A program made the position numbers and the translations under genes. The notes under the pieces were generated by a model. The model made no database searches, was not told the origin of the DNA, and was given only the letters and a program-made list of their open reading frames with translations. Shown here piece after piece: positions 20,401 through 31,695 of a stretch of DNA of 64,000 nucleotides. Numbering within the stretch: the stretch's first letter is position 1; each line of letters opens with the position of its first letter. Source of the stretch: a virus (lineage: Duplodnaviria > Caudoviricetes); the IMG/VR virus record IMGVR_UViG_3300006810_000046, positions 831 through 64,830 of that record. One strand, given 5' to 3'.

Positions 20401-23400
20401 ATGTCAACAAGAAAAACTTTAAAAGACTTTTTTCAGTCAAAAGGTTCATCCCAGACCTCAATTTCTATTAATCCAGTTGATACAAATGGAAATAGCACAA
20501 TTGAACAAGGAGATGATATTGGAAAAGACCCTGTTTCAGGAGAAGAGCTTTTAGATCTTGACGACAATACGACAGGTATGCTAGGAGACTATGTTAGCTT
20601 CTTAATGTCTTCTTATGATCATACAAATGGAACCTTTAACGGAACAGTTGCAAACTTTTACAGACCTGGACCTAAAAATTCAAAAGCGCCAAATAGCAAC
20701 AGAGGAAACAGGGCACATAGTCCCTTAGGTTCAGATGGCGCTAATAAAGTATATGCAAGCGAAAATACAACCTTGGGTCAAACTCTAGGAAGGTACTCTA
20801 AATCTGGATATATATCAAATCTTGACAATATTGTTAAAAAAGAAGGCAATCCTAAAAACGGAGAAATATTAAATTTTACAACAGAAAAAGTTAATAGCAC
20901 GGGCGAGACTTTTAGTAATAGAGAGATTGACGAGGATGTTGTTAGAGAAACTGTTGAAACATTTCAAGGATATAATAGGTATTATCCTTCAAAAAATCCT
21001 GGTGACGGTCTGGCGTATTCTGAGAAGGGTGTTACTTATGGTAGCGATCTTGATGAAAGATATGTTAGTACTTATAACAATCTAGGCAGTAGTGAAGAGA
21101 TTAGTGATAAACTTAGAGTTAAAAATCTTCTTAGAATGGTTCCTAATATTTTAGAGTCATATACAGGTATAAAAGAGTCTGACATTGTTGGAAAAACAAT
21201 AGAAGAAATAGAAGCTGCCCTGGTTTTAAAAGATTCAAAAAATGTAGTATCATCTAAAAGCTTAAAGACAAACTTACAAAAAGACGTGCCTGATGGGATA
21301 AAAGAATCTGGCTATCAAATATCAAAAAACCAAATTTTAAATGATGAAAGAAGTGGAGAAGTTTTCGTAGGAGACTATTCTGATGTTTCACATGAAAATC
21401 CTGAATACATTATTTATCTTGGCGCAATAAGGCTTAAATCTATTATTGAGATAATAGTTGATATCTTTGAGTCAAATAGTTACAAAAAAGGTTATATCTC
21501 AAGGGTTAGAGGTGCTTCTTTAACACCAGGTCTCATAGATACGACATATAAGTTCGGTGAATGTATTGACGAAGGCTTAAGCATTTTGTTTGGGAATGGT
21601 GAAAATGATGATATGAGCTTTTCAAGTCTTGTCTACGGAAGTAAAATAAAAGATTCAAAATATTTTTGGGTCGCCTTTTTTAAATCCGTTATAAAAGAGT
21701 CAGATAGGCTTTTAAACACTCTAGAGCAAAGTAGCTCAAAAGACTTTCTGGCATCTTTTGAAAATTCAAGACTAGTTCAATTTGCAAATATGATTGCAAG
21801 AGTAGGCGATTTATCTTTGTTTAAAACTCATGGTGAAGGTCTTAAGATAAACACCGAAGTAAAAAGATCAAATCCATTAAATGTAGATGATCTTAGAGAT
21901 TCATTGCCTAATGTTATATCAAAAAATAAAAATAACCAAGGTGAGATTTCTTGGAGTCAAGGTTCAACGCCTTCTCTTTTTATAATGCCAATTGCAGTTA
22001 GTAATGCTGCAACAAGTCTTGGGACTGGAATAACAGGGGCAAATCCACTAAAATCAATTTTATCAGGAAAGCTGCAAGAACAAACCTATGTTACAGAAGC
22101 TGAAGGTGACTTTTCAAGAATTCCGTCTCGTATAGTTGAAAAGCTAGAAAATCAGCTTGAAGCCTCTTATGTTCCGTTTTATTTTCACGACTTAAGAACA
22201 AATGAAATAATATCTTTTCATGCATTTCTAAACAGTTTATCAGATAGCTTTAATGCAAGCTACAACCCTACATCCGGTTACGGAAGAATGGATCCGGTTC
22301 AAATATATAGAAACACATCAAGATCAATAAGCCTGGGCTTTACAGTTGCTGCGACTTCAAAAAAAGATTTTAATGAAATGTGGTGGAAGATAAACAAACT
22401 CATTACACTTCTTTACCCGAAATGGTCAAAAGGAACAAAGGTTACAGATATAGAAACCGGGTCTAGCTTTATACAACCTTTTAGCCAAATTATTGGAGCA
22501 TCTCCCATGATAAGGCTCCGTGTAGGAGATGTAATAAAGTCAAACTATTCAGAGCTAGCTTTGGCAAGAAAATTTGGAATAGGAAATTCTGATACTAGCA
22601 TCTCAGGTCGACCGGGAGTAACTCCTGTTTGGGGACAAAAACTAAGAAGGGAAACTTCAGACACTATTAAAATAGGCCTTGCATTTTTAGCTTCAGTTGC
22701 ATTTGTCTCTCCTGTCGCTGCAGTTCAGTCAGGAGTTGACTTTTCGCAATTTCTACTTAAAACAATTGCTGACGTTGGTGGAGGTGCTAAGTTTGACAAG
22801 CTAGCTGCTGTTTTTGACACATATGCAGGAACAATTGCACAAAAGTATGCAATTAATTCACTGCCTTTGGTAAACCCTATATCTAGAAACATATTAAATA
22901 AATTTAAAAACCCAATAATTAATGATAAATACGGGCCGAAAGAAGGAGACAGGGTTGTGATAGGCGCCACTTTGCCTGATTTTCCATACTACTCGGAAAA
23001 GGACGGCAGGTATTATCATGTAAAAAGATCACTTGTCGCCAGAATTAAAGAAAGAGTAAAAGTTGAAAATGTTTTTCACTTTATCGCAGCCATTGAAGAT
23101 ATTGATGCTCCTGAAAACTTGCAAGGAAAAGAAATAATTTTAAGATTTGAAGATTTTATTATTAGCTAAGAGCATGTTTTTCTTGATTTTTTATTTAAAA
23201 ATATTGATAAAAGCATATTCTCTGAAGGCTCTATTTTACCTGACGAGCTCAAAGCAACTCTTAATAAGCAAGGTTTTAATGATGACGACTTTAACCCAAT
23301 GAAAGCTATTATGAATGAAGCTATTTTTATGAGCCCATATACAAGACAAGACGCTGGTTTGTTCTCTAAGAGTGATGAAGTACCTACAGGAAACCCTTTT

Positions 23401-23709
23401 GTAAAGGCATTTAACACTACAAAAGGTCGAGGCCTTCCAGGTTTTATTTCAAGCTTCTCTATGGATCTTTTATCTGAAGACACTTCATGGGAAATTGACC
23501 ATAACTCCAGGGCACCTAAATTAGTAAAAATTACAATTGCATTTTCTCCTGTTCACGATATAACTCCTGGAATTGATCATAACGGATTCAATACAGCTCC
23601 AATATACAATATAGGTGATATCATGAAAGAGACATCAGGAGATCCGTGGGATTCAAAAGGCTCATTAGGAAGCAGAAGCTTTAAGCGAGGATCAGATAGT
23701 GATAGGTAG
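20401..23709 (+). CDS. Baseplate/tube-initiator protein, interrupted by an in-frame TAA at 23167-23169
   Basis: ORFs 20401..23169 and 23299..23709 share one frame with only that TAA between them. Tube-like motifs (FHAFLNSLSDSF, GRMDPVQIY..TSRSISLGF, PMIRLRVGD) are completed by LPGFISS...WEID...APK..KITI.F in the downstream part. Confidence 0.7.
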
Positions 23710-23986
23710 ATACTTTTATACACAAAAAATTAGAGGTGAAAAGTTATCAAATTCAGACTGTGTTGAAATAATACAAAACGCAATGCTGACTGGTCAGCTA
23801 GACTTTGATTTGATGACATTAACAGGTAACCAAAGACTCGATATTATAGCAGGCCAAGTGTATGGCAATTCAGAATTTTGGTGGGTAATTGCTGCTGCCA
23901 GTGGAATCGGATGGGGAATGCAGCTTCAACCCGGAACTCTTTTAAAGATTCCTAAAAATATTGAAAAGGTATTTTCTTTGTTATGA
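23699..23986 (+). CDS. LysM-like baseplate wedge protein (gp53/tail X-like)
   Basis: RLDIIAGQVYGNSEFWWVIAAASGIG...PGTLLKIP. Confidence 0.75.
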   Translation: MIGRYFYTQKIRGEKLSNSDCVEIIQNAMLTGQLDFDLMTLTGNQRLDIIAGQVYGNSEFWWVIAAASGIGWGMQLQPGTLLKIPKNIEKVFSLL

Positions 23987-26900
23987 TAACTTTAGCAGAC
24001 ATAAAAAATCAATATAACAATATTGCAAAAACTAGAAGATTGATGCTTGAAGAAGCATCAAAAGAGATAGTAAGATATTATGCTGGAAAACAGGATTCAG
24101 AGAGACTAGGTAATATTTACTCGGAAATGTTAAGTCCTGAAAGTGGCACTCCTAGCGTTGAAAACATTTTAAATAGATCGTATCTAAGCATTAGCGAACC
24201 TTACACTATTAAAAAGATATTAAGCGAGCTATCACAGCAAGGGGTAAAAGAAGAGGGAATGTCAAGTAAAATTGATATAATATATAACAAAAACATACTT
24301 GACGAAGTGTTCAGCGGAATATCAGACTACAATGATACATCTGGGCATCTTGGTGACAATGAGACTGTTCGTGTCAACGATATAAAAGTGCTAATAGGCA
24401 ATAATTTTATAAGCAATAGTGCTTTTAATAATGCTGACGATTTACAAAGCATGAACCCAGATAGGTTTAGAGATCCTCAAGTTGCTGTTTTTAAAGTTAA
24501 AAATAATAATGCTTCTTTTCAAAAAACAAAGGAGTCAGCATTTGCTCCGATTCTAGCAACAATGATTCCTGCAACTGAGCTTTCAAAATGCACACCGCAC
24601 TTAAGCGTTACAATTATAGATGGAGATACTGATATTGATAACTCTATGTCCATAGGAAAATTTCTTGTAGGAAGAGGAGAATTTAGAAGTGATGGTTTTG
24701 CAAGATCAATAGCAAGAAGCACTCTTGAAGTTAAACAAGATGAAGCTTTTAACCAAATTAGAAAACTAAATTATGGAACAGGTAGAACACTTAAGGCGTC
24801 TGGCATGGAACTTTTTCAATCTCCTCAAGCAATGGTTAATGGAGATATTAATAAGTTTCAATCTGAATCAGAAAAAGTTACCAATCCTTTTAGACCGCTT
24901 ATGTCAATAGAGTCATTTAGTATTAATGATAATCTAGTCGGGTATGAGCTTTTATCTACCTCAAAGGCGACACTTTCTTTAAAGCTATACGATAGAACGA
25001 GGCTTCCTGAGATTTCAAAGCTTGTCGCTGTTCACTATCTGGCCACAGTTTTTTTAATAATTGAGTGGGGATGGAATCACCCAGATGGCTCTATTGTTAG
25101 TAAAAACTCATTTGGTAAATTTATGAATGCTTTAAAAAGAAGAGAATCTTTTAAGGTAAACGATTCAAAGGTAACAATAAATGATGATGGAACAGTATCT
25201 ATTAGTCTAGATTTAATCTCCTTAGGATCAGGATCAGAAAACTCAAGTGGTCAATCTCAAAAGTTTTTGCCTGTTGCAAAATTTAACGAATATGTAAAAG
25301 AACTAGAAAGAAAACTCAAGTCATATCAAGCAGACGGTGTTGATGTTAATAGGTTTGAGTTTCAAGGAATAGAAATAACTGTTTTAGAAAAAAATAAATT
25401 TAACTCAAATGATTTAATATTAAGGGAAGCTTTAGAAAACATAGAAGTTGACGGTAAAAAAGTTAGCTTTTTTAAAGAATTTGATGAGATAATTAGAATG
25501 CCTAAAAGCGAAAGCCTAATAAATATCCAATCTAGAATTAGATCTTTAATGCTCGCAGTTGATGAAGATGTGTTAAATTATAAACCTGTCCAAACTGAGA
25601 GCGAAGATACTTCAGGAATAGATGAAGATAAAAAAAGTGAATCTAGAAAAACAGAAGAAGAAATAAAACAAGAGGAAAAAAGACAAAAAGAAATAGAAGA
25701 GGAAAAAATACAATCCTCTACAAGAACTGTTATTTCCAGCTTGGTAAAGTTTATTCAGTATGGTGACGGATTTATAAACCAAGGAGAAGTTGTAAAAGGC
25801 TTTGGGTCTCTTCCACCACAAAATACAAACCCAGCTGGCACAGGATTAGAAAGTCTACAGTCAGGATTTGGTACTTCTTTTGTAGATTCATTTCAAGCTT
25901 CCCTACCAGGAGACGCTGGAAAGAAAAAACAGCTAGACAGCAACAGGTTTTTAAATGACGTTTCAACAGTTCTATCTAGACTGGTCCTTGTGCAAGACCC
26001 AGGGACAGATATTATGGAGTCTTATAAAAAAACATTCTCATATCAACTTAAAAGAACTATTGAAGAAAAGGGTGGTAAAGAAAGTGCTTTGGTTATCGAT
26101 GAGTTTACAGATTCTCCTGTTAAAAGTTACATAACACTTGGAAGATTATTGACGTATGTATACGCTTTACCTTCAGCTCTTGAGATGATGACACATGATG
26201 AAACTCAGATTTTTTTTCATCCTGCTAACAGTCAAGCAGGAGCATTTTACAATATTTCTCTTGGGGATGTGTTTATAAGCACAAAGAGATATCTCGATAG
26301 TGTTTCTAGGTTTTTACAAAAAAACGAAGTCTCTACACTAAAAGTCGAAACTCACTTAAATATAATATCTAATATTTTAAAGTCAAATGATTATGAAATA
26401 GGGTATGGGATTAGTACGCTTAATACTGATGTCGACAATGGTGGACAAAATCTAACTGAGGAGCAAAAGAAAATAAGAGTTGAAAATTACTTGTTAAATC
26501 AAAACGACAAGTTAAAAAGAATATACGGAAGCGAATCAGGAGAAACAGGATCAAATACTCTTAACTTTAGAAACATAAATTTAAAGGTAATTGAAAAAAC
26601 CCAAGAGTACTTAGATGGATCTGATGTTAAGAGAATTAGAAAAATTCATTTTTATGATCATAACAACGAACCTTTTAAAGATGAAAAAATATTACTGTCA
26701 GCTTTAAGCTCCACTAATTTAGAATCAGTTTTATTAGGAGACGTAAATCCAGTATCTTTATTAAATGGTAACGTTGATTTGCTAAAATTTACAAGAAATT
26801 TTAATAAAAAAAATAAAAAAAATGACTCTTGGATTAATAAAAACTTAAACGAAGTATCAATTTTAAATGTAACAAGCAAACGTGTTGTAAACAAAATTGA

Positions 26901-27348
26901 AGAAATTATAAAATCAAATGTTCCAACAATTGAATTTGGAACAGACAGCGGCTTTGTGCAAAGTATTAGTTTAAGCAATACTAATGGAAGCACAGCAGTA
27001 GATATAAATCTTAGAAATAACTTAGAGAGATATTATAAACCTCAGGATGAAGACAGATCTAGCCCGGCAAAAAAGCTCTTTGTAAACCCAGGTTCCTTAA
27101 GTATAAGCATGCTAGGGTGCCCTATTTTTTCAATAGGTCAAAAATTTTATGTCACAGCAAAAACAAACACTATGCTAGACAACATTTATATTGTGCAAGG
27201 AATATCACATTCAGTCTCTGAAGGTAATTTCTTAACTACTCTTTCGCTTCAAAATACTAACGACGCAAGGTACCTGCCAGAAAATATAACAAATAGAATT
27301 GTCAATATCGTAAAATCAATAGACGAAAACAGCATATCGCCTTTATAA
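23983..27348 (+). CDS. Baseplate hub protein (gp27/late control D-like)
   Basis: 1121 aa. IEWGW.HP motif and a C-terminal ISMLGCP....GQ.F......NIYIV..ISHSVS.G.F.T.L hub-type motif. Confidence 0.65.
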   Translation: MITLADIKNQYNNIAKTRRLMLEEASKEIVRYYAGKQDSERLGNIYSEMLSPESGTPSVENILNRSYLSISEPYTIKKILSELSQQGVKEEGMSSKIDIIYNKNILDEVFSGISDYNDTSGHLGDNETVRVNDIKVLIGNNFISNSAFNNADDLQSMNPDRFRDPQVAVFKVKNNNASFQKTKESAFAPILATMIPATELSKCTPHLSVTIIDGDTDIDNSMSIGKFLVGRGEFRSDGFARSIARSTLEVKQDEAFNQIRKLNYGTGRTLKASGMELFQSPQAMVNGDINKFQSESEKVTNPFRPLMSIESFSINDNLVGYELLSTSKATLSLKLYDRTRLPEISKLVAVHYLATVFLIIEWGWNHPDGSIVSKNSFGKFMNALKRRESFKVNDSKVTINDDGTVSISLDLISLGSGSENSSGQSQKFLPVAKFNEYVKELERKLKSYQADGVDVNRFEFQGIEITVLEKNKFNSNDLILREALENIEVDGKKVSFFKEFDEIIRMPKSESLINIQSRIRSLMLAVDEDVLNYKPVQTESEDTSGIDEDKKSESRKTEEEIKQEEKRQKEIEEEKIQSSTRTVISSLVKFIQYGDGFINQGEVVKGFGSLPPQNTNPAGTGLESLQSGFGTSFVDSFQASLPGDAGKKKQLDSNRFLNDVSTVLSRLVLVQDPGTDIMESYKKTFSYQLKRTIEEKGGKESALVIDEFTDSPVKSYITLGRLLTYVYALPSALEMMTHDETQIFFHPANSQAGAFYNISLGDVFISTKRYLDSVSRFLQKNEVSTLKVETHLNIISNILKSNDYEIGYGISTLNTDVDNGGQNLTEEQKKIRVENYLLNQNDKLKRIYGSESGETGSNTLNFRNINLKVIEKTQEYLDGSDVKRIRKIHFYDHNNEPFKDEKILLSALSSTNLESVLLGDVNPVSLLNGNVDLLKFTRNFNKKNKKNDSWINKNLNEVSILNVTSKRVVNKIEEIIKSNVPTIEFGTDSGFVQSISLSNTNGSTAVDINLRNNLERYYKPQDEDRSSPAKKLFVNPGSLSISMLGCPIFSIGQKFYVTAKTNTMLDNIYIVQGISHSVSEGNFLTTLSLQNTNDARYLPENITNRIVNIVKSIDENSISPL

Positions 27349-27355
27349 AATTAAA

Positions 27356-27384
27356 TTGTAAATATTAAACATTGTTTATAGATT
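27356..27384 (+). promoter_or_regulatory. Class A promoter
   Basis: TTGTAA-N17-TAGATT upstream of the PolA-like gene. Confidence 0.5.
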
Positions 27385-27411
27385 TAAATAAAAAATAAAA
27401 AAGGTGAATAA

Positions 27412-28620
27412 ATGTATTGTTTGTCAAAAGAAATAACTGGTCTCAATAAAGACTTAATTTTTAACAAAGAAAAAAAGCTTATAAATAGATGTAAAAATAA
27501 TTCTGATGTTTTTATTGGAGAAACAACAGACCCTAATTCAATATCCTATTTTTCAAAAAATGCAGGAGTAGACTTAGAGCTAGAAATTCCTATAAAGTAT
27601 AAAAATATGTGGTCTTTTATTAAAAAGAATCCTGACTGGTCTTCTGTTTTAGGATTTGAAAAATTTGCAACTATTGCAAAAAAACTAATTAATAAAACAG
27701 AGTGCTTTATTAACAACAAAGATAATGACTACTATTCTATAACAGTTAGACAGCATTATGAATTGCTTGATAAGATTGAACCTGCAAGGGTTAACAAAGA
27801 AAATCTTTTAAAGTTTATAAACACGTCTGATCAATATAAAGGAAAGCAAATTATTAAAACTATTGACAAAGAAACAATGTGTTTTAAACCTATAAAATAC
27901 TCACTCTTTAATACCTCAACAGGAAGAATGACAGTATCTAGTGGTTTAAACTTACTAACCTTGAGAAAAGAAAATAGAAATATTATTGGTTCTTCTTTTG
28001 AAAATGGAAAAATACTAGAGATTGACATTAAAAATCTAGAGCCTAGAATTCTAATGGGTCTCTTTAATAAAGAGGTTCCAGACGATATTTACACCTGGAT
28101 ACAAGAAACGGTTTTCAATACGGGATACAAATCAGAAAATGATGGTGGCCAAAGAGACTTTATTAAAGAGCTTACTTTTAAAATACTTTATGGAGCCAGT
28201 ATGAGTACAATAAAAAACGATCTCAAGGACGTAGATTGGCTTTATGACATCGAAGATATCGTAGGAAGAATCAAATCAAACATGGGTTACCATGAGCTTG
28301 CAATTAAAATAAAGTCAGAAATTCAAGAAGGTTACTTTAGAAATCACTATGGTAGAAAACTTAAAAACTCCTCTTCGAATATCAATCATTATCTTCAGTC
28401 AACAGGTGTTGACGTTTCTATGATGTGTTTTAGCAAAATAAACAGCGTTTTAAAAAGTGCAAATATGAATTTCAAAATAATTGGATTTATTCACGATGCA
28501 ATGATAATCGACGCTGATAAAAGCTCTGCAGACAAGATAACTAATAATCTTAACAAAAAAAATATTGGAATACCAGGTTTTAATAATAAGTTTCCTATAA
28601 TTATTACAGAGGTAAAATGA
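27412..28620 (+). CDS. Short family A DNA polymerase-like protein (polymerase domain only)
   Basis: TSTGRM, motif A DIKNLEPRIL, motif B K..TFKILYG, NHYGR, N..LQSTGVD and motif C IHDAMI. No exonuclease domains are recognisable. Confidence 0.75.
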   Translation: MYCLSKEITGLNKDLIFNKEKKLINRCKNNSDVFIGETTDPNSISYFSKNAGVDLELEIPIKYKNMWSFIKKNPDWSSVLGFEKFATIAKKLINKTECFINNKDNDYYSITVRQHYELLDKIEPARVNKENLLKFINTSDQYKGKQIIKTIDKETMCFKPIKYSLFNTSTGRMTVSSGLNLLTLRKENRNIIGSSFENGKILEIDIKNLEPRILMGLFNKEVPDDIYTWIQETVFNTGYKSENDGGQRDFIKELTFKILYGASMSTIKNDLKDVDWLYDIEDIVGRIKSNMGYHELAIKIKSEIQEGYFRNHYGRKLKNSSSNINHYLQSTGVDVSMMCFSKINSVLKSANMNFKIIGFIHDAMIIDADKSSADKITNNLNKKNIGIPGFNNKFPIIITEVK

Positions 28621-29471
28621 AAAAATCTAATAGACATGTTTCACATCTTGGCGGGATGGGATCTGGTGATGGCTTGTCTACAAGCTTAAATCAGGATATG
28701 AGCCCACCAAAAATTAGTGGTGGCGGGTTTGAAGGAACTGCTGACGCAAACTTTAGTAAAAAAATCGGCCAGCTTCGAGTTCACATCGATGATGATGACA
28801 GTCTTATGTTTCCAGAAAACGAAGAAATAGAAACTATTAGAAAAAAAGATACAATTAGAAGCAAGATACCTTTTGATGGGAGATATAAAATGAGAGAATC
28901 TAAAAACTCTAAAAAAACATTAATAGACCTTTTTGACGATAAGTACTTTGAAGAAGATGAAACTGCAACTCATTTTAAAGAATGGGACCCAGAAAGAAAC
29001 AATCAAGATGACTTAGGAAAGGATTATGATGAGTTTAAAGAGTGGAAAAAAGACAAAACTATAGAAAAAGACTACAACTATAACAAGTCTTTTTCTCCTG
29101 CTACACAAAAGGCACAACAGCTTTCAATTAAAAAGCTTAACGAAGCTGTTAAAAAACAAACTTTTCAAATGATAAAAAAAGATATTGAATCAAACGGCTT
29201 TAGACTGGTGTTAAAAGAAAACGCAATGTGCAAAGAATGCGGAATGATGTATGAAGGTTGTAAATGCAATGAATCAGCAAAAATAGTTGAAAAAGACGCT
29301 TTATGCGAAAAATGTGGAATTATGAATGAAGAATGCATTTGTGAATACATCGATGAAGCAAATTTCTTAGGAAGCGGAAATGTTGCAGGATATCAGACAA
29401 AACTTTCAACACCAAAAAACATGAAAAAGCATAAACAAAAAATGCTTCCAACAGGTTACAAATACAGATAA
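28617..29471 (+). CDS. Hypothetical protein with a duplicated Cys-rich motif
   Basis: CKECGMMYEGCKC and CEKCGIMNEECIC repeats, plus LNE/LKE motifs. Confidence 0.65.
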   Translation: MKKSNRHVSHLGGMGSGDGLSTSLNQDMSPPKISGGGFEGTADANFSKKIGQLRVHIDDDDSLMFPENEEIETIRKKDTIRSKIPFDGRYKMRESKNSKKTLIDLFDDKYFEEDETATHFKEWDPERNNQDDLGKDYDEFKEWKKDKTIEKDYNYNKSFSPATQKAQQLSIKKLNEAVKKQTFQMIKKDIESNGFRLVLKENAMCKECGMMYEGCKCNESAKIVEKDALCEKCGIMNEECICEYIDEANFLGSGNVAGYQTKLSTPKNMKKHKQKMLPTGYKYR

Positions 29472-29520
29472 TCATCTATAATTTCTTACACACACATTAT
29501 TTCAAAAAAATTTATTCAAT

Positions 29521-29549
29521 GTGTAAACCGTATTAAATAATGTTATTAT
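29521..29549 (+). promoter_or_regulatory. Class A promoter
   Basis: GTGTAA-N17-TATTAT with an extended TG, upstream of the SSB gene. Confidence 0.6.
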
Positions 29550-29631
29550 TAAAGATGTGGTTAACATATAAATAAATTTAAAACTCAAACAAAAACATTA
29601 ATCACAATAATTCAAAACAAGGAGAAACAAC

Positions 29632-30405
29632 ATGGCATTTGACATCAATGCAATTCGTAACAAACTAGCAAAACTTCAAGGAAAACAAACAGGCACATCT
29701 TATTGGCGGCCACAAGAAGGAGCAGATTCAACTGTTCGCTTATTATCATTTAAAACTGATGACGGGCTTCCATTTAAAGAGTTTCATTTCTACTATAATA
29801 TTGGTAAAAATCGAGGTATCTTGGCGCCTTACCAGTTTGGAAAACCAGATCCTATTCAAGAACTTATTACAAAACTTCGTGCTGACGGCAGTGATGAAAG
29901 TAAAGAACTTTGCAAAAAGCTTTATCCAAAAATGCGAGTTTATGCACCTGTAGTTGTTCGAGGCGAAGAAGAAAAAGGTGTCCAGATATGGGGCTTTGGT
30001 AAAACTGTATATTCAGAGCTTTATACAATGCTTGCTGATGAAGATGTAGGTGATATTACAGATCCATATACAGGTCGTGACATTACAGTCTCTTCAATTA
30101 AGACAGCAGGTCGCCAATGGGCTACAACATCAGTACGACCTAAAATGAAGCAAAGTCAATTATCTTCAGACGAAAAACAAATGAAAGAATGGATTGATTC
30201 TGTTCCAGAAACTGATACTCTTTTTTAACTGCAGTCTTATGATGAAATTACAAAAATTGTAAACGATTGGTTAAACGGAGATGATACTTCTTCTGACGGT
30301 ACTTCAAGAAACTTTAGTAGTTCTAGTGACTCAACAGAAACTAGTAGCTCTAGTGAAGGTTCAACCTATAAGTCTCTTGATGATGCATTTTCAAGTCTTA
30401 CATAA
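29632..30405 (+). CDS. Single-stranded DNA-binding protein, gp32-like, interrupted by an in-frame TAA at 30226-30228
   Basis: YWRP, VRL, PVVVRGEEEKGVQIWGFGKTVY and DITDP..GRD motifs. After the TAA the frame continues LQSYDEITKIVNDWLNG...SLDDAFSSLT*, an acidic SSB-type tail that ends just before a terminator. Confidence 0.8.
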
Positions 30406-30438
30406 AATAATCTAAGTTTACTTATAAAGTATTCACCT

Positions 30439-30468
30439 AGCCAGGGTGTCAAAGCCCTGGCTTTTTTT
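30439..30468 (+). terminator. Rho-independent terminator after SSB
   Basis: AGCCAGGGT-GTCAAA-GCCCTGGCT followed by a T-run. Confidence 0.85.
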
Positions 30469-30495
30469 GTAAATAAAATTAGATTTTATTATAAT
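30467..30495 (+). promoter_or_regulatory. Class A promoter
   Basis: TTGTAA-N17-TATAAT upstream of recA. Confidence 0.7.
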
Positions 30496-30513
30496 CAAAT
30501 AAAAGGAGAAATT

Positions 30514-31695
30514 ATGCCTAAAAAATCTAAAAATGAAGATTCACCGCCCCCTACACAAGGCGATAATTTTACAAAAGATCTTATCAAAGCGCTTAACAAA
30601 GAACATGGATCACAAGTAGCATTTAACTTATCAAATGGAGACTCACCAACTCATGTCAAGCGCTGGATATCAACAGGTTCTTTAATGCTAGACTACATCT
30701 GTTCAAACAGAAAAAATGGAGGTCTACCAGAAGGAAGAATTGTTGAGATATTTGGACCACCAAGTATTGGAAAATCTCATATTGCAACTCAGCTTGCAAG
30801 AAGCACACAATCGTCAGGTGGAATTGTAGTTTATATTGACACTGAAAACGGAACAAGCGTTGAGAATTTGCGAAACTTAGGTGTGGACGTTTCTCAACGA
30901 TTTGTCTATGTTGATACTCATTGTACAGAAGAAGTGCTCTCTATCGCTGAATCTACTATCTTAAAGGCTAAATCTATTGACAAGGATATACCTGTAACAA
31001 TTATATGGGATTCTGTTGCTGCATCTTCTCCAAAAGCTGAGCTTGTAGGTGACTATGATCAAAATAGCATTGGTTTGCAAGCAAGAGCTATTTCAAAGGG
31101 AATGAGAAAAATCACAGGAATCATTGGAGATCAAAGAGTTTTATTTGTCTGTCTAAATCAGATTAGAACTAATATCGGTGTAATGTATGGAGACCCAACA
31201 ACAACACCAGGCGGAAAAGCAATACCTTTTCATAGTTCCATCAGAATTAAACTAGGTGCAGGACAACAAATCAAAGACGGCGAAGATGTCATTGGTATCA
31301 ATGTATCAGCAAAAACTATTAAAAACAAAGTTGCATTTCCTTTTAGATCTTGTGCTTTTGAAATTCATTTTGGAAGAGGTATCTATGAGCACGAGCAAAT
31401 GTTTGATCTACTAAGAAAAACAAGCCCTTATCAAGTAGGTGATTTAGAAATTGCAATCGATGGAACAGGCTCATGGAAAACTTTTTCTGTAACTGATACT
31501 AAAAAAGGAAAGCTTATCGAAGAGAAGAAGTTTAGAAAAACTGAGTTCAAAGAGCTAATTGATAGTCCTCAATATGGAGACTACATTATGGATGCTCTCG
31601 ACGCATGTATGGTTAAAAAGTTTAACGATGATCCAGACATCGACCCAGAGTCATATGTTGAAATAGAGGCTATCAAAAATGAACTCGAAGAATAA
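30514..31695 (+). CDS. recA: RecA/UvsX recombinase
   Basis: ISTGSLMLD, GGLPEGRIVEIFGPPSIGKS (Walker A), YIDTE, WDSVAA, GLQARAIS, NQIR..IGVMYGDP.TTPGGKA and KNKVA.PF. Confidence 0.93.
   Translation: MPKKSKNEDSPPPTQGDNFTKDLIKALNKEHGSQVAFNLSNGDSPTHVKRWISTGSLMLDYICSNRKNGGLPEGRIVEIFGPPSIGKSHIATQLARSTQSSGGIVVYIDTENGTSVENLRNLGVDVSQRFVYVDTHCTEEVLSIAESTILKAKSIDKDIPVTIIWDSVAASSPKAELVGDYDQNSIGLQARAISKGMRKITGIIGDQRVLFVCLNQIRTNIGVMYGDPTTTPGGKAIPFHSSIRIKLGAGQQIKDGEDVIGINVSAKTIKNKVAFPFRSCAFEIHFGRGIYEHEQMFDLLRKTSPYQVGDLEIAIDGTGSWKTFSVTDTKKGKLIEEKKFRKTEFKELIDSPQYGDYIMDALDACMVKKFNDDPDIDPESYVEIEAIKNELEE

Noticed and set aside
9838-27348. Bacterial extracellular contractile injection system (eCIS) locus
   Set aside because: A major capsid gene, neck genes and a full phage replication module are linked to it, so this is a phage tail.
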